A stretch of DNA of 64,000 nt from Cyanophora paradoxa CCMP329 (taxonomy: Eukaryota; Plantae; Glaucophyta). The notes under the pieces are model-generated. The model was not told the DNA's origin, did not search any database, and saw only the letters and a program-made list of their open reading frames with translations. Below are positions 13,078-26,200 of the stretch, piece by piece (positions within the stretch are counted from its first letter, which is position 1; each line of letters starts with the position of its first letter). The stretch is from positions 1 through 64,000 of the forward strand of contig QPMI01000518.1 in NCBI GenBank assembly GCA_004431415.1. Reading direction: 5' to 3'. The position numbers and the translations under genes were made by a program.

Positions 13078-14419
13078 GTACCCGAAGATCTAGACCAGCC
13101 GTCCGGAACGGCTGCTCACATCGCATAGACCCTGGTTCGAATCCAGGGAGTGGGTCTTATTCGCCATCTTGCTTTCAGTCCACGGTACGAAGTTCGTTAG
13201 CTAGGACATGGACTAGAATATAGTAAGCCGCCTGGAGCGCAGCGGCGGGTCATCTCTCGCATGGTGCGCGCCTCCCCAACCTTCGCCACCGCGCCCCGCG
13301 CGACAAGCAGAGCGCAGGCAACCCCACTCGCAGGGCGCAGCGGCAGCCCATCTCTTACTTGGTGCGGGCCTCCCCGCACTGCGGCGCCGCGCCTCGCGCG
13401 ACGGAGCGGGCGCATGGATCTCGACTCAAGACGCCCGCGCGGCATGGGCGGCCGGAACGCAGCGGCGGACCATCTCTCGCTTGGTGCGCGCCTCCCCGCC
13501 CTTAAGCGCCGCGCCCCGCGCGACGAGGTGAGGGCAGGCGACCCGACCCGCAGCGCCTTCGCGCCAGGGCCGGGGCGCCCGGGGTGCAGCGGCGGGCCAT
13601 GTCTCGCTTGGTGCGAACCTCCCCGCCCTTCCCAGCCGCGCCCTGCGCGACGGAGCGGGCGCAGGTAGCTCTACTCGCGGTGCCTTCGCGGCGGGGGCGA
13701 CCGGGACGCAGCGGCGGCCCATCTATAGCTTCGTGCGCGCCTCCCCGCCATTCACCGCCGCGCCCCGCGCGACAAGCCGAGCGCAGTCGACCCGCCTCGC
13801 AGGGCGCAGTGCTAGCGGCGGACCATCTCTTACTTGGTGCGGGCCTCCAAGCACTTCGGCGCCGCGCCTCGCGCGACGGAACGGGCGCAGGGATCTCGAC
13901 TCACGACGCCCGCGCGGCGGGGCGGCCGGAACGCAGCGGCGGCCCATCTCTTGCTTAGTGCGCGCCTCCCCGACCTTCAGCGCCGCGCCCCGCGCGACGA
14001 GGTGAACGCAGGCGACCCAACTCGCGGCGCCTTCAATTCGCGTCAGGGCCGTGGCGGCCGGGGTGCAGCGGCGGCCCATGTCTCGCTTGGTGCGGCCCTC
14101 CCCGCCCTTCCACGCCGCGCCCTGTGCGACCGGACGGGCGCAGGTAGCTCGCCTCACCGAGTCGCGGCGCCTTCGCGGCGGGCGCGGCCCGGACGCAGCG
14201 GGTGCATACTGTGCTCTCCGCGTCCACGCCTCGCGCGACGGGGCGGGCACAGGGAGGTGAACTCGCAGCGTCCTCGCGCCGGCGGCGGCCGGGGCATAGC
14301 GGCGGCTCATCTCTCGCTTCGTGCGCACCTCCCCGCCCTTCGACGCCGCGCCCCGCGCGACTAGGTGAGCGCAGGCAACCCAACTCGAGGCGCTTTCGCG
14401 GCTGGACCGGGACGGCCGG
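13078..14419 (+). repeat. Composite repeat copy 2, with a different number and order of minisatellite units
   Basis: Direct repeat of 11308-12772. Contains a perfect T-arm CCTGG-TTCGAAT-CCAGG at 13131-13147. Confidence 0.85.
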
Positions 14420-15693
14420 GACTATCCGCACCGGCCACCCCCACAGGCCCGCCCAGCGGCCGCCCCGCCCCACCCAGCGTCCGCCCTGCCCCGTGGCCGC
14501 CCTGACCCGCCCCGCCCCGCCCCGCCCCGCCACGCCCCGCCCCGCGGCCGACAAACTAAATTGTACGAATACAAGTGTAATACTAGCTGGCTTCTCAGAA
14601 GTGAGAGCAGCGCCGCGGCGCTGGCAGTCATGCAGCCACAGACCTTAAGCTTCCAGAAGTTTAGTCCGACGAAAAAATAGTGGAGGGCATCACACCTGCC
14701 GCAATGAAAACATCATCCAAGGGATAACAGGAAAGTAGACATATACCGCTATAGGCAGGACGAACATGCAGAAAAGTCCAACGCAGGAACTTGGTCCGTG
14801 GACTTCATAACTTGCTCCTCCATCAGAGCGATGGAAGTCTTGCGTTTGCGCGAAATAAAGGTGTGGTTCGATCTTGATATCGTCATGACCTTCGTCATCT
14901 CCTCAACGCTGAAGTTCGCAATATCGAGGGCAATCCAATCGACTGCAGCAGCGTAAGGAGCTGTTTCGCATGTCGCAGACGGCCCCGGACGGACCTCGAC
15001 GGGCCGAAAACGGCGCGACCTTTTGGACATCCCGCTAGTTCGCGAGCTTTAACAATGGATGGAATTTGAATTTTGAACACGGCCGTGTCACGGCGGCTAT
15101 CAGCCGGCTGAGTTCGAGTTCGAGCTGGCTAGACCAAATTCTATATCCCCCCAAGCCATCTCCCCCCCCTTCCAAGCCACGGCCAGCTGCAGCTAGATTG
15201 CGGCCAGCCACGGACTTGCGCGGGAAAAGCAAAAGCGCTTATAGCTTAGCGTTCGGCGATCGAGATGCCGCTCTCTGTGCTGTCTGCCAAGGTCGGCTCA
15301 GCGTTCGGTTCCATTAGAGCGTGGCTGGGCGGCGCCAGCGATGGCAGGCCGCGGCACGGCCAGATTGGCGGCAGCACCTGCGGCAGCCAGGACGACCTCG
15401 GCGAGGACGTGAATCCAGACGACTTTGGCGACGCAGCTTTGAGCGAGCAAGTCGTTCAGCCTGCGCATGCAGCGCCAGCTGCGCATGCGACGGCCGCGGT
15501 CGCGCTGGCGCCTCCCGCGGCGGAGCCGGCGGGCGGGAGCGACTCCCCAGGCGGGAAGCTAGCTAGTCCGGCCTAGCCGAGGGAAGCTGACTAGCAAGCC
15601 GGCCTGCTGACCGTTACTGTGACCGTTGTGGCCGCGTGTGTACGCCACTGTGTACGAGGCCAAGTTCGAGCTCAAGTTTGCGCTGGGCTAATT

Positions 15694-18600
15694 TCATTGG
15701 CGGAAGAAGTTAACAATGGGCGGGGCGTGACGCAAACTCCGTTCAGTTTGAAACGCAGGCCAGACAGGCGAGCTCATGCCAATATCAAGCTCCTCCAAAG
15801 TAGCTTCGAAGCAGACACAAACCCAATCGCCGCAATTAATCACTCCAGTCTGCAGCTTGAAGCCAGGTGGAACTGCAAGAGTGCAGATATAATCTGGGAA
15901 AAGACGATGTAGCTCTACCTCTAGCTCTTCCGGCATGCCGTCTCCTTTCGAATCGAACCAGCGAATTTGCTTCAACTCCTTCATTACGGACATCAGGCAA
16001 AAATGCTCTCCAAATCCGCGGGGATCAACGTTGTCCCCTGTAGTAACAGGACACGAAAAGCACACAGCACTACCACCATTCAACATAAGGTTCGCCGCTC
16101 TATCTGGAGTACTCAGGCTGCGTAGAGACTGCAGGAGCAGCTGCTCGTGCATCGGGTACGCGAGCATCACGCGCTGAAGCAAGTGATTGTACTTCTTGGA
16201 CTTGAGAGCCCCAGATGTCGTGCAGGCAACGTGAACGTCCTGCGCGTCTCATGTCAGCACACGAAGCTAGAAAAACCATAACCAACGCAATCATTACGCT
16301 TTCACCGTTAGCCAATCCTTGGAGGATGGGACTGTCTGTTCTGAATGCGGCCGGCTGATCGTCCTCTGCCGCGCTTGATTCCCCTTGCCGCGCTTCCCAA
16401 TTGGAGTTCCACGCGCATTCTCCATCCCCTAGGCAAACGTGCGTCAAGAATAAAGACACCCAGCGGCAGACGCAAAAAGGGACACACGTCAACATGCTCG
16501 TCAGTTGCCCCGTAGCCCTCAGCCGGAACAGAGACGGCAGCCTCGCGTCCGGCCGAGTTCAAAACAGATGAGCTACGGCTCGGCGATCAGATCACTTTGA
16601 CGAAAGTGCTTGAAACCGCTACGGTTACACACCTTCTCTTGGGAGGCATCACACGGCAGGGACAATACGGCAGATGGTGAAGAAGCGCCCGCCCGATCGC
16701 ATCAACCAGCAGCGGCTCAAAAACGGACAACGAGCGCCGAACAGTGACAAGGAGGGCCGGTGAACGAAGTGCCGGGTACACAGATAATCAAGTCGGTTCC
16801 CCGCATTCGCGTATACATACGTATACGCGTGAGCTCATTGCAGCATTCAGCGTGTCTGCATGCCGTAGATGCCGCACGAGACAAACGACCGTTCATTGCC
16901 CGGATGGAAGCAGGATAGCGGCACCACCCATCGAACGCGAGGCGGGACGCGGAAAGCACAGTAGGCACTCGAACAACGAGGCAGGGACCCGGAGGGCGAA
17001 CCAGAGGCAACCAGCTAACGTCACTGGATGCAAAAGTCCCTAAATTCAGCGAACTGCTGTACACGAGCACATACAGACGCTCAATCACGTCCATTCAATG
17101 GACAGCATATAAAAACAAGCCCAGTTCAGGGAAGTGGGGGAAGAAAGAGGACAGTCGATGCACTCCTGAACCCTATGTATGACCTATACAGGGGGGCACT
17201 GCCCCTGACGGCGACGAACTTGTTCGACCGGTAGAAGATTGTAATCCGAAAGGTTCACGTAGAGTCGCGCAATCTACCAGATAGACACAGTGAGAATATC
17301 CATGGCAAGGCAACATCAGCGAACGAGGCACGTTATTATCGCGAGAGCGCCGTGACACACCCGTCCGTTCTCGCGGAAGGTTAACAGGTTCCGGTCGACG
17401 TCGGCTGCGATCAGTATCGCTATCTGCACGAGTTCAATTACAGCCACATTGCACGCCCCGACTACATCAGCCAAGGCAATTATGCACCTTGGTAAGCGAC
17501 TGGGCTCTGTCGATGCGCTTGAGAACCTTCTCGTTGAAAGCAGCACCATGCATGAGTGCCCTTACATAGTGCACAGTATGCTTGCCGATTTTCTCCTCGG
17601 TGAGCATCACGAATTTCTGCAAATCAGCCCCGTGTCAAAGAAGAAGCGAAAGCAATGCACGTGAGCCACACTAACTTGGTAGACGTTGCTTGCGTCGCTC
17701 GACCGGTCCACCCACATGAACATAGTGCCAAGAGTGGAAGCAGCTCGCTCGAGACGGTATTGCGACAGTAGGCAGGACCCGCAACACCGCTCAGAGATCC
17801 ACCACAGCAGCTGCCGGTTAATCAACAATGCATATCCTAGGGAGGGAATGCATATTCTAGATAGCGAATAGAGAGGTTACTAACCTCGCAATAGCGGAGA
17901 ACCTCATCAGACAAAAGTGCCAGTCGCCGGATCAGGCACTCTACCTTAATGAACAAGTGATCCCATACACAGCAGCGCTTGCTTTCGGTCGCGTCGGTGT
18001 CCCTGATAAGCTTGAATGCGGCCTGCACGCTCTAAGTCAGCAACTAGTAACGCGCCACGCGAAAGACAGAGCAAGCAGCTTCCCCGCGCCTCAGCCCAAT
18101 ACGTAGCACCGGAGATATCCCCCTGCTCCAGCCGGGACAGCGCCAGGGTATAATGAAGAACGGGGTACGACGGAATGCTTGAATTCAGCTTGAGGATCGT
18201 CTGCTGAAAGGACATGCCAACCTGCAAGGTTCAGGCGATCAACAGAGAACGAGGGGGACGAATGCGCAAATAACAGGCACAAAAAACCCACCAGTGCGAC
18301 ATTCCCCGCGCTCTTGAAGTTGTACCGCGTTAGCTGGACCTCAGCCAGAAACTGGCAATGTTCATAGATTTGACCAGGATCAAGGGCCATCCGGGCGGCG
18401 GAATCAGCACTTGCAAACTCCGTCAACTCGCTCTGTGACATCAGAGAGGCAGGTATCATGATATGGCTGGCCGCAGATCTATGAAAAGGCAATCGTACAT
18501 GCACACCTCATATCTCTGCCCCATTTCGTCGACATCGATATTCGCGAGATCGATGTTAGCGGCGGTGAGCATCCTAGAAATCCGCTGCAAATCAGTAACC

Positions 18601-19060
18601 ACGCTCTCGATCAGGCCGTGCCATCTCCAAAGAGAGACGAACGGGCGGAATGCACCTGGTCCGCGGCAGCCAAAGCGATGACTTTCGCCCGATCCTCCGC
18701 TGAAAGGGCAGAGATACAAGTGACGGCGTGGCACAGTAAGAGGAGCGCAGAGTCGGCCACTGGCCACTCAACGACGCGGCTCTGATCATCGCGTGCGAGC
18801 ACTAACTGCGGCACGAAATACGTATACGATTACGGAGGAAACGCGCGCGTACGACGGCGCAAAACACTGACAGGACGAACCGCGCTCCGATACAGCCCGG
18901 CAACGAGGTCATCGACGGGTGTAGCGGCGCCTTCGGGGAACGTCTGCTGCAGGATGCGGCCCACGCAAGGGGCGCATTGAACGCCAGCCCCGGGCCGGCA
19001 CCCACACAGCACGGGAACTGCCGGCACTTCCCGACTTGCCAGCCGTTCCGACGATGCCAT
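15694..19060 (-). CDS. Multi-exon gene ending in a Ulp1/C48 (SUMO/ubiquitin-like deconjugating) cysteine protease domain; upstream exons helical/TPR-like; joining of all exons into one gene is tentative
   Basis: ORF 15694-16182 reads GEHFCLMSVMKELKQIRWFDSK...LQTGVINCGDWVC, matching the C48 catalytic His, Asp, oxyanion Gln and Cys (H-W-x-L...I-x-x-x-D-S...Q-x-x-x-x-x-C-G). Successive minus-strand exon-like ORFs run from 17316 to 19171, with candidate start MASSERL at 19060. Confidence 0.6.
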
Positions 19061-21442
19061 CGATACCGGGAAAGCGATGGCAAGCGTCGGCGACACGCGC
19101 GCAACAGTTGAAGCGGCAGAGCACCTCAGCTGCAAGATGACAAGCGCAGAGGGGTATGTGGCGGACGGCAATGTGGGATACGTATTTCTAATGAACCCGA
19201 TGCGCGATCGCGAACGATCGCGACCGCCGGCCAGCGATGCCGCCTGTTCACCACCAAGCCCAGTAAGAGGCTGCAGAACTTCACAATATCACCGTACCCT
19301 ACCACAGTCAGCTGACAGAATCTATTAACACCTATTGATCGTCATAGTGACATCTCCGAATCTTTTAACAATAGGTCATTGTCATAATGACATCATAATG
19401 ACATCACGGAATCTTTAACAGCGATCCATAGCATACCTAATACCCAAAACCTCGAGAGGAACCTCGATTTGTGGATCAAAAGTGGATACTAGAGCCTCTG
19501 GTCTCTTCTTCCCTTCGGTCAGAATTGAGACCAGAGGCTGATTAAGCTTGCGGATTCTGTCGGCCCTTGAGTCACGTTCCAAAAAACGCCGGGGTACCGG
19601 GCAACTTTCAAAAAGTTTTTTTGCCAAAACGGTCAGTGAAAGCTTCGCGACGTAGGATGTCTAAAACTAACGTAGACGTAGCCCCGCCGCGGCATCTACG
19701 ATCTATCTAGCCGGTCATCTATCATTCGCGCCAATTTGCCTACGATCGGTCCAATTTTGAGCGAGCAAGATCGGCGCTTTTTCCAAAACCTAAGGCAAAA
19801 CGGGGGGGTACGGCGCAAAGTCAAGTCCAGAACCTTATCGAAAAAAACTGCGAGTATGTAACTTTGACTTACCATTTAGCCATTGTTAAACCTCCGTTGG
19901 AGCTTTCTTCAAGCACTATGGGCCCATACAAACGCGTACCGCAGTGCCGACCCCTCGCGGCCCGCCTCGTCTCCGCACTCCCAGCTCTCTGCGTCGCCTT
20001 TCAGTGCCCACGCTCTCTCCACTCTGCCGTCCCGGCACCTCTCCCTGCCTTGCCCCGCATCTGCTGCCCGCCCCAAGCTGCTGCCTCCGCCCACTCCCTC
20101 TCCTTCCTCATATCTTCCCGGAGTCCTAGGCCTCCTACCACCTTCTTCACCTCGACAAAATGGGACACCGATTAATCGGGGTCCTGGGGCGCAGGTGAGG
20201 AGGAGGGAGGAGGCGGAGTGGGGAGGAGGAGGCGTGGCGGAGCGGCGGCAAGGGAGGGCGGCGGACTGCGAGACATTTCACTTCCAGGGCTCATGAGGGA
20301 TGGAGGAGTTGATCAAGGGGTGGGCGCGTGGGTCTGGTTACGGCTATCACCGAAAACCATGGCTCCCCCACTCAGGCGAACCTCCCATATTGAGCGACCC
20401 ATGGCCGGCACCTAGCTAGCACCCTCGGCTAGATAGATGACCGGTCGGAAGGGCACGTCACGTAGAACATTGATACATGTGCCGTGGTGTATCAATGCGA
20501 CGTCCACTTTTGCAAAAAAAAAATCTGCGGAGTCCGTCAGAAACCGAGAGCGCTAGCGTGGGCGAAACGCCGTGACCCGAGGCTGCAGCCGGGCGCGCAC
20601 CGGAACGCGGCGTCGCGGGCGCCTTCTTCCTGCCGCCAGGAAGATGGTGCCATCGTTCGCGGTGCATGCGCATCGCGATCGGTCGCGGTGCATCAAATCG
20701 AGCGCTCAGCGGCTTGTACCCCGCAATTGCTTCCCCCTGCTCGAGTCTCGATGCGGCTGAAACTCTCAGGAGCGGCGCCCAGTACAACAGGTACTTGAGG
20801 GCAAGTTGAGGCGGCCTAGCGCGCCGCGCGCCGCTCCCCGAGCACTGGCATGTATGACTGAGTTTGTAGAGCACATTGCGATTGAGACTCTCTCTGAGAT
20901 CTAGAGCATTCAGGTGCACCGTGCACGTGGTCTGGCGCATACAGCGATGGCGGGTGACTAGCTCCGGCCCTCCAGGCCCTGAGTCCGGGGTGAGGCGCGC
21001 GCGAGCTCGACATGTTTGCGCAGCCCCGCCATCGCGTTTTTTTCCGCCGCTCGCCTACGACGCGAATCATCATGGCATGCGATCACACCCAAACGAGAGC
21101 GCATCATTGCGCATGCAAAGAATCTCATCTTACAAAAATTGCTAACACAGAAAGTACGCGCTATACGCCGCACCAATTGAATGGGTCCAATTCACCAGGG
21201 GAGCAAGGGAGGGAGTACCCCCCTTGCAATTTGAACGGCTGGCTTGGATTCGGAGCATGGAGCTCCGAATTCGAATCGGCCTCCTGAACCGGTACATCCG
21301 TTTCCCGAGTCCCGACTCCCGACTCCCGAGTCCCGACTCGGCGAACGAGTCTTCAAGGCTTCAACGAGACCACCACTGGTCCACCAGGGCCCGGGAGTCC
21401 GGGACTCCGGGAGTCCGATGAATTCGGGAGCGAGGGTGGAAG

Positions 21443-21903
21443 TAGGGCACTGGCCAGCCTGCCCTCCCTCTGGCCAGCGGGCCAGCCCAAGCCGACGAAG
21501 CCTTGCCAGCGGCCCGGGGCTGGCCGCCAGCTTCCAGCGAAAACTTGGCCGGCCAGCTGGCAACCAGCCTCCAGCTAGGAGCCGAAGACTCGGCTAGGCC
21601 AGCTGGCCAGCCGACCAGCCGCAGAGCCCACGTTCTTAAATGAAATCGGTGTCTTGGAAACGCTTTTGTAACTGTTTTATTTTGCACAGTTAAGAATATT
21701 AGCTGTTGATCTTATCAAGCCACCCCCTCAAGCCCCACTCCTAGCCTGGAGCCGACTCCCCAGCCAGTGTCGCCGACCGGCTGGTCGCCCGATAAAGCCG
21801 AAAAAGGCTGGCCCGGCTGGTCAACAAATCGGGCGGCTGGGCCAGCCTAAAAATCCAAAACCAGCCAGCCAGCTGTTCGGCCGGGCCGCTGGCCAGTGCT
21901 TTA
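21443..21903. mobile_element. Non-autonomous hAT-type DNA transposon (MITE), 461 bp
   Basis: TIRs TAGGGCACTGGCCAGC (21443) and GCTGGCCAGTGCTTTA (ends 21903), 14/16 match. Perfect 8-bp TSD GGTGGAAG at 21435-21442 and 21904-21911. Many subterminal GGCCAGC motifs. Confidence 0.85.
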
Positions 21904-21919
21904 GGTGGAAGTGCACACG

Positions 21920-22680
21920 CCGAATAATACTAATACACGGTACTGCGCATGCGTTCCAAATTTTCTGCGCCGGTATGCGCTTGACTGCGCTACCAAATTC
22001 AAAATGATTACTGCGTTCCATCGGCCTCGAAAATTTGTTACTAAATTGTTAGCAAAGGGGGTAATACTGCGCTACCAAATTAGTGCGTTCTAAAATTTTG
22101 AGCGCAGTAATATGGCCATGGTAGCGCAGTAGTTATGTCATCGCGGTAATTAAGTATTACTAGTTACACGGTAGTAGTTATTAACGCGGTAATTTATGCC
22201 GCGCTAACTAGTAATTTAGTGCCACTGTGCCACACGGTAGCCTGGCAGCCAGTGGCAGGCCGCTCGGGCAGTGGCAGCACTGGCAGGCTGGCAGCTGCCA
22301 GAACCTGCCACTGCCTGGCACGTGCACTGGCTGGCAGACTCATGATCAGTGACTAGTGGCAGACTGGCAGTCTGGCAGACCGTCGGACAGTGTCACTGGC
22401 AGTACCGCCGGCCCGGCGCCGGGCCGGCGGCGCCCGGCGCCGGGCCGGCGGGCAGCGCGGCCCGGGCCGCCCGGCCAGCGCCGGCCCCCGCGGGCCGCCG
22501 CCGGCCCGCCGGGCGGCAGCGGCCGGCGGCGGGCAGCTGCACTGCTGCTAGCGCTGCAGTGCTGCAGTCGCCGCCGACTCGCCGGGCACTAGTACTGCGG
22601 CACTACCGCCGTCTACCGGTAGTATACTGCCGGGGCCAGCAGCCGGGCATGCGCAGCCGCCGGGCCGGTTCGCAAATAAT
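21920..22680. repeat. Cluster of short-motif, partly palindromic low-complexity segments (probable decayed MITEs)
   Basis: Successive blocks built from TACTGCGCTACC/GGTAGCGCAGTA, CTGGCAG/CTGCCA and GCCGGC motifs in both orientations; no clean TIR/TSD pair resolved. Confidence 0.45.
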
Positions 22681-22709
22681 TGGCCTCGATCGATCGCGAG
22701 CTCCGAATA

Positions 22710-22937
22710 CTGTCAATGTACTTTGTTAGACGGGTATTTAGTTAGACGTTTGTCCACCTGACCCATCACGATAGACGTGGACAAAGTTAGACGAGCTCGA
22801 GGTGCTGGCCGCTCCATACAGGCGGCACTATGGTATACCCCCTTTATGCACAGTTAGACGGGGATTAAGTTAGACGAATGGGTTACCTCGTCTATCCGCG
22901 CCTAACTTTGTACTCGTCTAACATAGTACATTGACAG
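22710..22937. mobile_element. Tc1/mariner-superfamily-type MITE, 228 bp, TA target duplication
   Basis: 27-bp TIR CTGTCAATGTACT(T/A)TGTTAGACG(G/A)GTA with 2 mismatches, TA on both flanks (22708-9, 22938-9), and internal GTTAGACG repeats. Confidence 0.85.
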
Positions 22938-23247
22938 TATCGATGGCCGTCCGACGGTCGCCGAACTTCGGCGGCCGAAGTGAGCCGCGAGGCAATTTTT
23001 TCAGTTTTAGAGTCGCAAAGCTTTGAAGGCTAGAAGGCTAAAACAATTGAAACAGCCAAAGCTGCAGAGTCAAAGCTGCACGAGGCTGCCACGAGCACGC
23101 CGTGACCGGAAGCCCCGGCCGGCCGACGTTCGACACCGAGCTGATAAGCCCTATCATACGCATTCAAGCTCAGAGATCGCGAGGAGCTCGAGGCGTAATC
23201 TCAGACACATGCATTCCATGCGTACATATCCGGGCAAAATAGCTCGC

Positions 23248-26200
23248 ATGCGTTCTGCGGCGTTGACGTCGGCGCTGAGCCTATTGCTGGCCCTCGCGGC
23301 GTTTGCCGCGGGCGAGTTCCCATGCAGCGAGATCCAGCCGGATGTAGGCTCCAGCTTGGGGGTGAGTGAAACTAAACGTATACTATGAATACTATGATCA
23401 TATGAATGCGACGATGCGCGTGGCTACGAAGCAAATTCAAGCGAAGCTATTCGAATTCCGACATCTCTATGCGCAGCTGGCGTACTCCACGGACGAAGCA
23501 TACTCGCAGTCGCTGTACTTCTCGTCGTCCACAAGCATGACGGTCGAGTTGTGGGCGAGGTTGCCGCGGATGACCTATCTCGACAGCGGGAATAACGAGC
23601 ACTACGAGCGATTGGTCGAGGTCATGCACTCCAACCAGCAAGACCTGCGGATCGTTGGTGCGCTCAGGCCTGCAAATGCATGCATGCGCATGTTCAAATG
23701 CAAGTTCCGCCTTGTACAGCTCGGAAGGCATCAGCCGTCGAAGGATCCCAGGTGTTTGGATCGTTGGTCATTCCTGTGTTTTGGAACGGCAACTGGTATG
23801 ATTTCTACTTCCCGCAACTGGACGGAAATGCCGCCGAGTACTGGACGCACTACGCCATCATTTTCCGCCCCGATCCGGACTTCCCGTCCGAATTCCCCGC
23901 GCTTATCTCTGTCGTCGTGAACGGCACGTTCGCTTCGGAGCGCGTCGCGTTCAATGCTCCGATATTGCAATTCCTCATCACATCTTTGCTATGGCAATTT
24001 GAGAGCACGACAGCTCCCTTTAGCCTCCGCCGCAATGTGAGCGCCGGCCAGCGGTCGCTGGGCCGATCGCAAAGAATCCGAAGTCGAGCTCGCTGACCTC
24101 GAGTTCGCTTCCGCGGCAGTTCCGTGTGTGGAACCGAGCGCTGAGCGCAAGCGAAGTTCAGAACCTCGGCAAGCGCCGCATCTGGGGAGGCGTGGACGAC
24201 TACGCCACCACTTACCCCAATCTCAAGATCAACAGTGCGCGTGGGTTAAAGCCTAATAAACGCATATCGAAACGCTTGTACCGTAGTATCTCTAGGCTTG
24301 CATCGATATCTTTATATGTGCACAGCTAAAGGAGTAGTACTTAGAGATGCCTCGCAGTCCCGTTCGACTTCGGCGCTCCCGGGACGGAGTTCAACGCGTC
24401 GACGCCCCTCGTCAACGACGTCGACTGCACGCCCGTCTCAGTATCCCAGCAAACCGGCGCCGTCCACTGGCAGCAATCGGACTCGGGCTTCTGCAGCACC
24501 TTTCTAGGCGGCGTTCCCCCGGCGGGCGCCACAGCCTGCAGCTGCGAGCGGTGCCTCACGGCGCCCGGGCCCGCAACCAGCGCCATCCAGTCATCGCGAT
24601 CGGCCTCCTGCAGCGAGCTCCAGCCGGATCTCGGCGCGAGCTTGCAGGTGAGCTTGGTTTATAACATATATCAGGTCGTGGTGAACGTTTAACGAACTGG
24701 CCGTGGGCCCGGTTCGGGGTTGCGTACTAGCTATATATAGCCGCTGACTTTCATTCCTCTATTCTCTCAAAAAAGCTGAACTAAATAGAAGTAATTAGAA
24801 GTGGCCGTCGACGTCGCCGACGTCGATAATCTCTCTTCGAATTTCGACATCTCTATGCGCAGCTGGCGTACTCCACGGACGAAGCATACTCGCAGTCGCT
24901 GTACTTCTCGTCGTCCACAAGCATGACGGTCGAGTTGTGGGCGAGGTTGCCGCGGATGACCTATCTCGACAGCGGGAATAACGAGCACTACGAGCGATTG
25001 GTCGAGGTCATGCGCTCCAACCAGCAAGACCTGCGGATCGTTGGTGCGCTCAGGCCTGCAAATGCATGCATGCGCATGTTCAAATGCAAGTTCCGCCTTG
25101 TACAGTTCGGAAGGCATCAGCCGTCGAAGGATCCCAGGTGTTTGGATCGTTGGTCGTCCCTGTGTTTTCGAACGGCCACTGGTATGATTTCTACTTCCCG
25201 CAACTGGACGGAAATGCCGCCGAGTACTGGACGCACTACGCCATCATTTTCCGCCTCGATTGGGACTCGCCGAACAGCAACCCCGCGCGGATCTCTGTCG
25301 CCGTGAACGGCACGACGTTCGCTTCGGAGCGCGTCGCGTTCAATGCTCCGATATTGCAATTCCTCATCACATCTTTGCTATGGCAATTTGAGAGCACGAC
25401 AGCTCCCTTCAGCCTCCGCCGCAATGTGAGCGCCGGCCCGCGGTCGCTGGGCCGATCGCAAAGAATCCGAAGTCGAGCTCGCTGACCTCGAGTTCGCTTC
25501 CGCGGCAGTTCCGTGTGTGGAACCGAGCGCTGAGCGCAAGCGAAGTTCAGAATCTCGGCAAGCGCCGCATCTGGGGAGGCGTGGACGACTACGCCACCAC
25601 TTTCCCCAATCTCAAGATCAACAGTGCGCGTGGGTTAAAGCCCAATAAACGCATATCGAAACGCTTGTACCGTAGTATCTCTAGGCTTGCATCGATATCT
25701 TTATATGTGCACAGCTAAAGGAGTAGTACTTAGAGATGCCTCGCAGTCCCGTTCGACTTCGGCGCTCCCGGGACGGAGTTCAACGCGTCGACGCCCCTCG
25801 TCAACGACGTCGACTGCACGCCCGTCTCAGTATCCCAGCAAACCGGCGCCGTCCACTGGCAGCAATCGGACTCGGGCTTCTGCAGCACCTTTCTAGGCGG
25901 CGTTCCCCCGGCGGGCGCCACGGCCTGCAGCTGCGCAAAGTGCCTCTCCACGCCGGCGCCGATCGCGAGCTCGAGCCCGAGGCAGATGCCGTGCAGTGAA
26001 ATCCTCGTCAACGCGAGCGGGACGGTAACATGCATATTGTGCATATTGCTCCGAACAAAAAGCTAATTCGTGCCGAATCGATATCTTTCTTTAGTTGAGC
26101 TTGCTCGTGGAAACGGATGAGCTATACTCGCGCACGTTCTTCGCATCCGCGGGCCAGAACATGACACTGGAGCTTTGGGCGAGGGTGCCCCGCGCAGCCG

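Noticed and set aside
13085-13160. Complete tRNA gene
   Set aside because: Only the T-arm/B-box is canonical; there is no convincing D-arm, anticodon stem or 7-bp acceptor stem.
4600-14500. Repeat arrays as CRISPR arrays
   Set aside because: Units are 120-300 bp with no unique spacers, there are no cas genes, and the context is eukaryotic.
19590-21200. Possible transposon termini or gene fragments (GGGGTAC motifs, inverted ATCTATCTAGCC copies at ~19700 and ~20430)
   Set aside because: Matches are short and no TIR/TSD pair or coding motif could be established.
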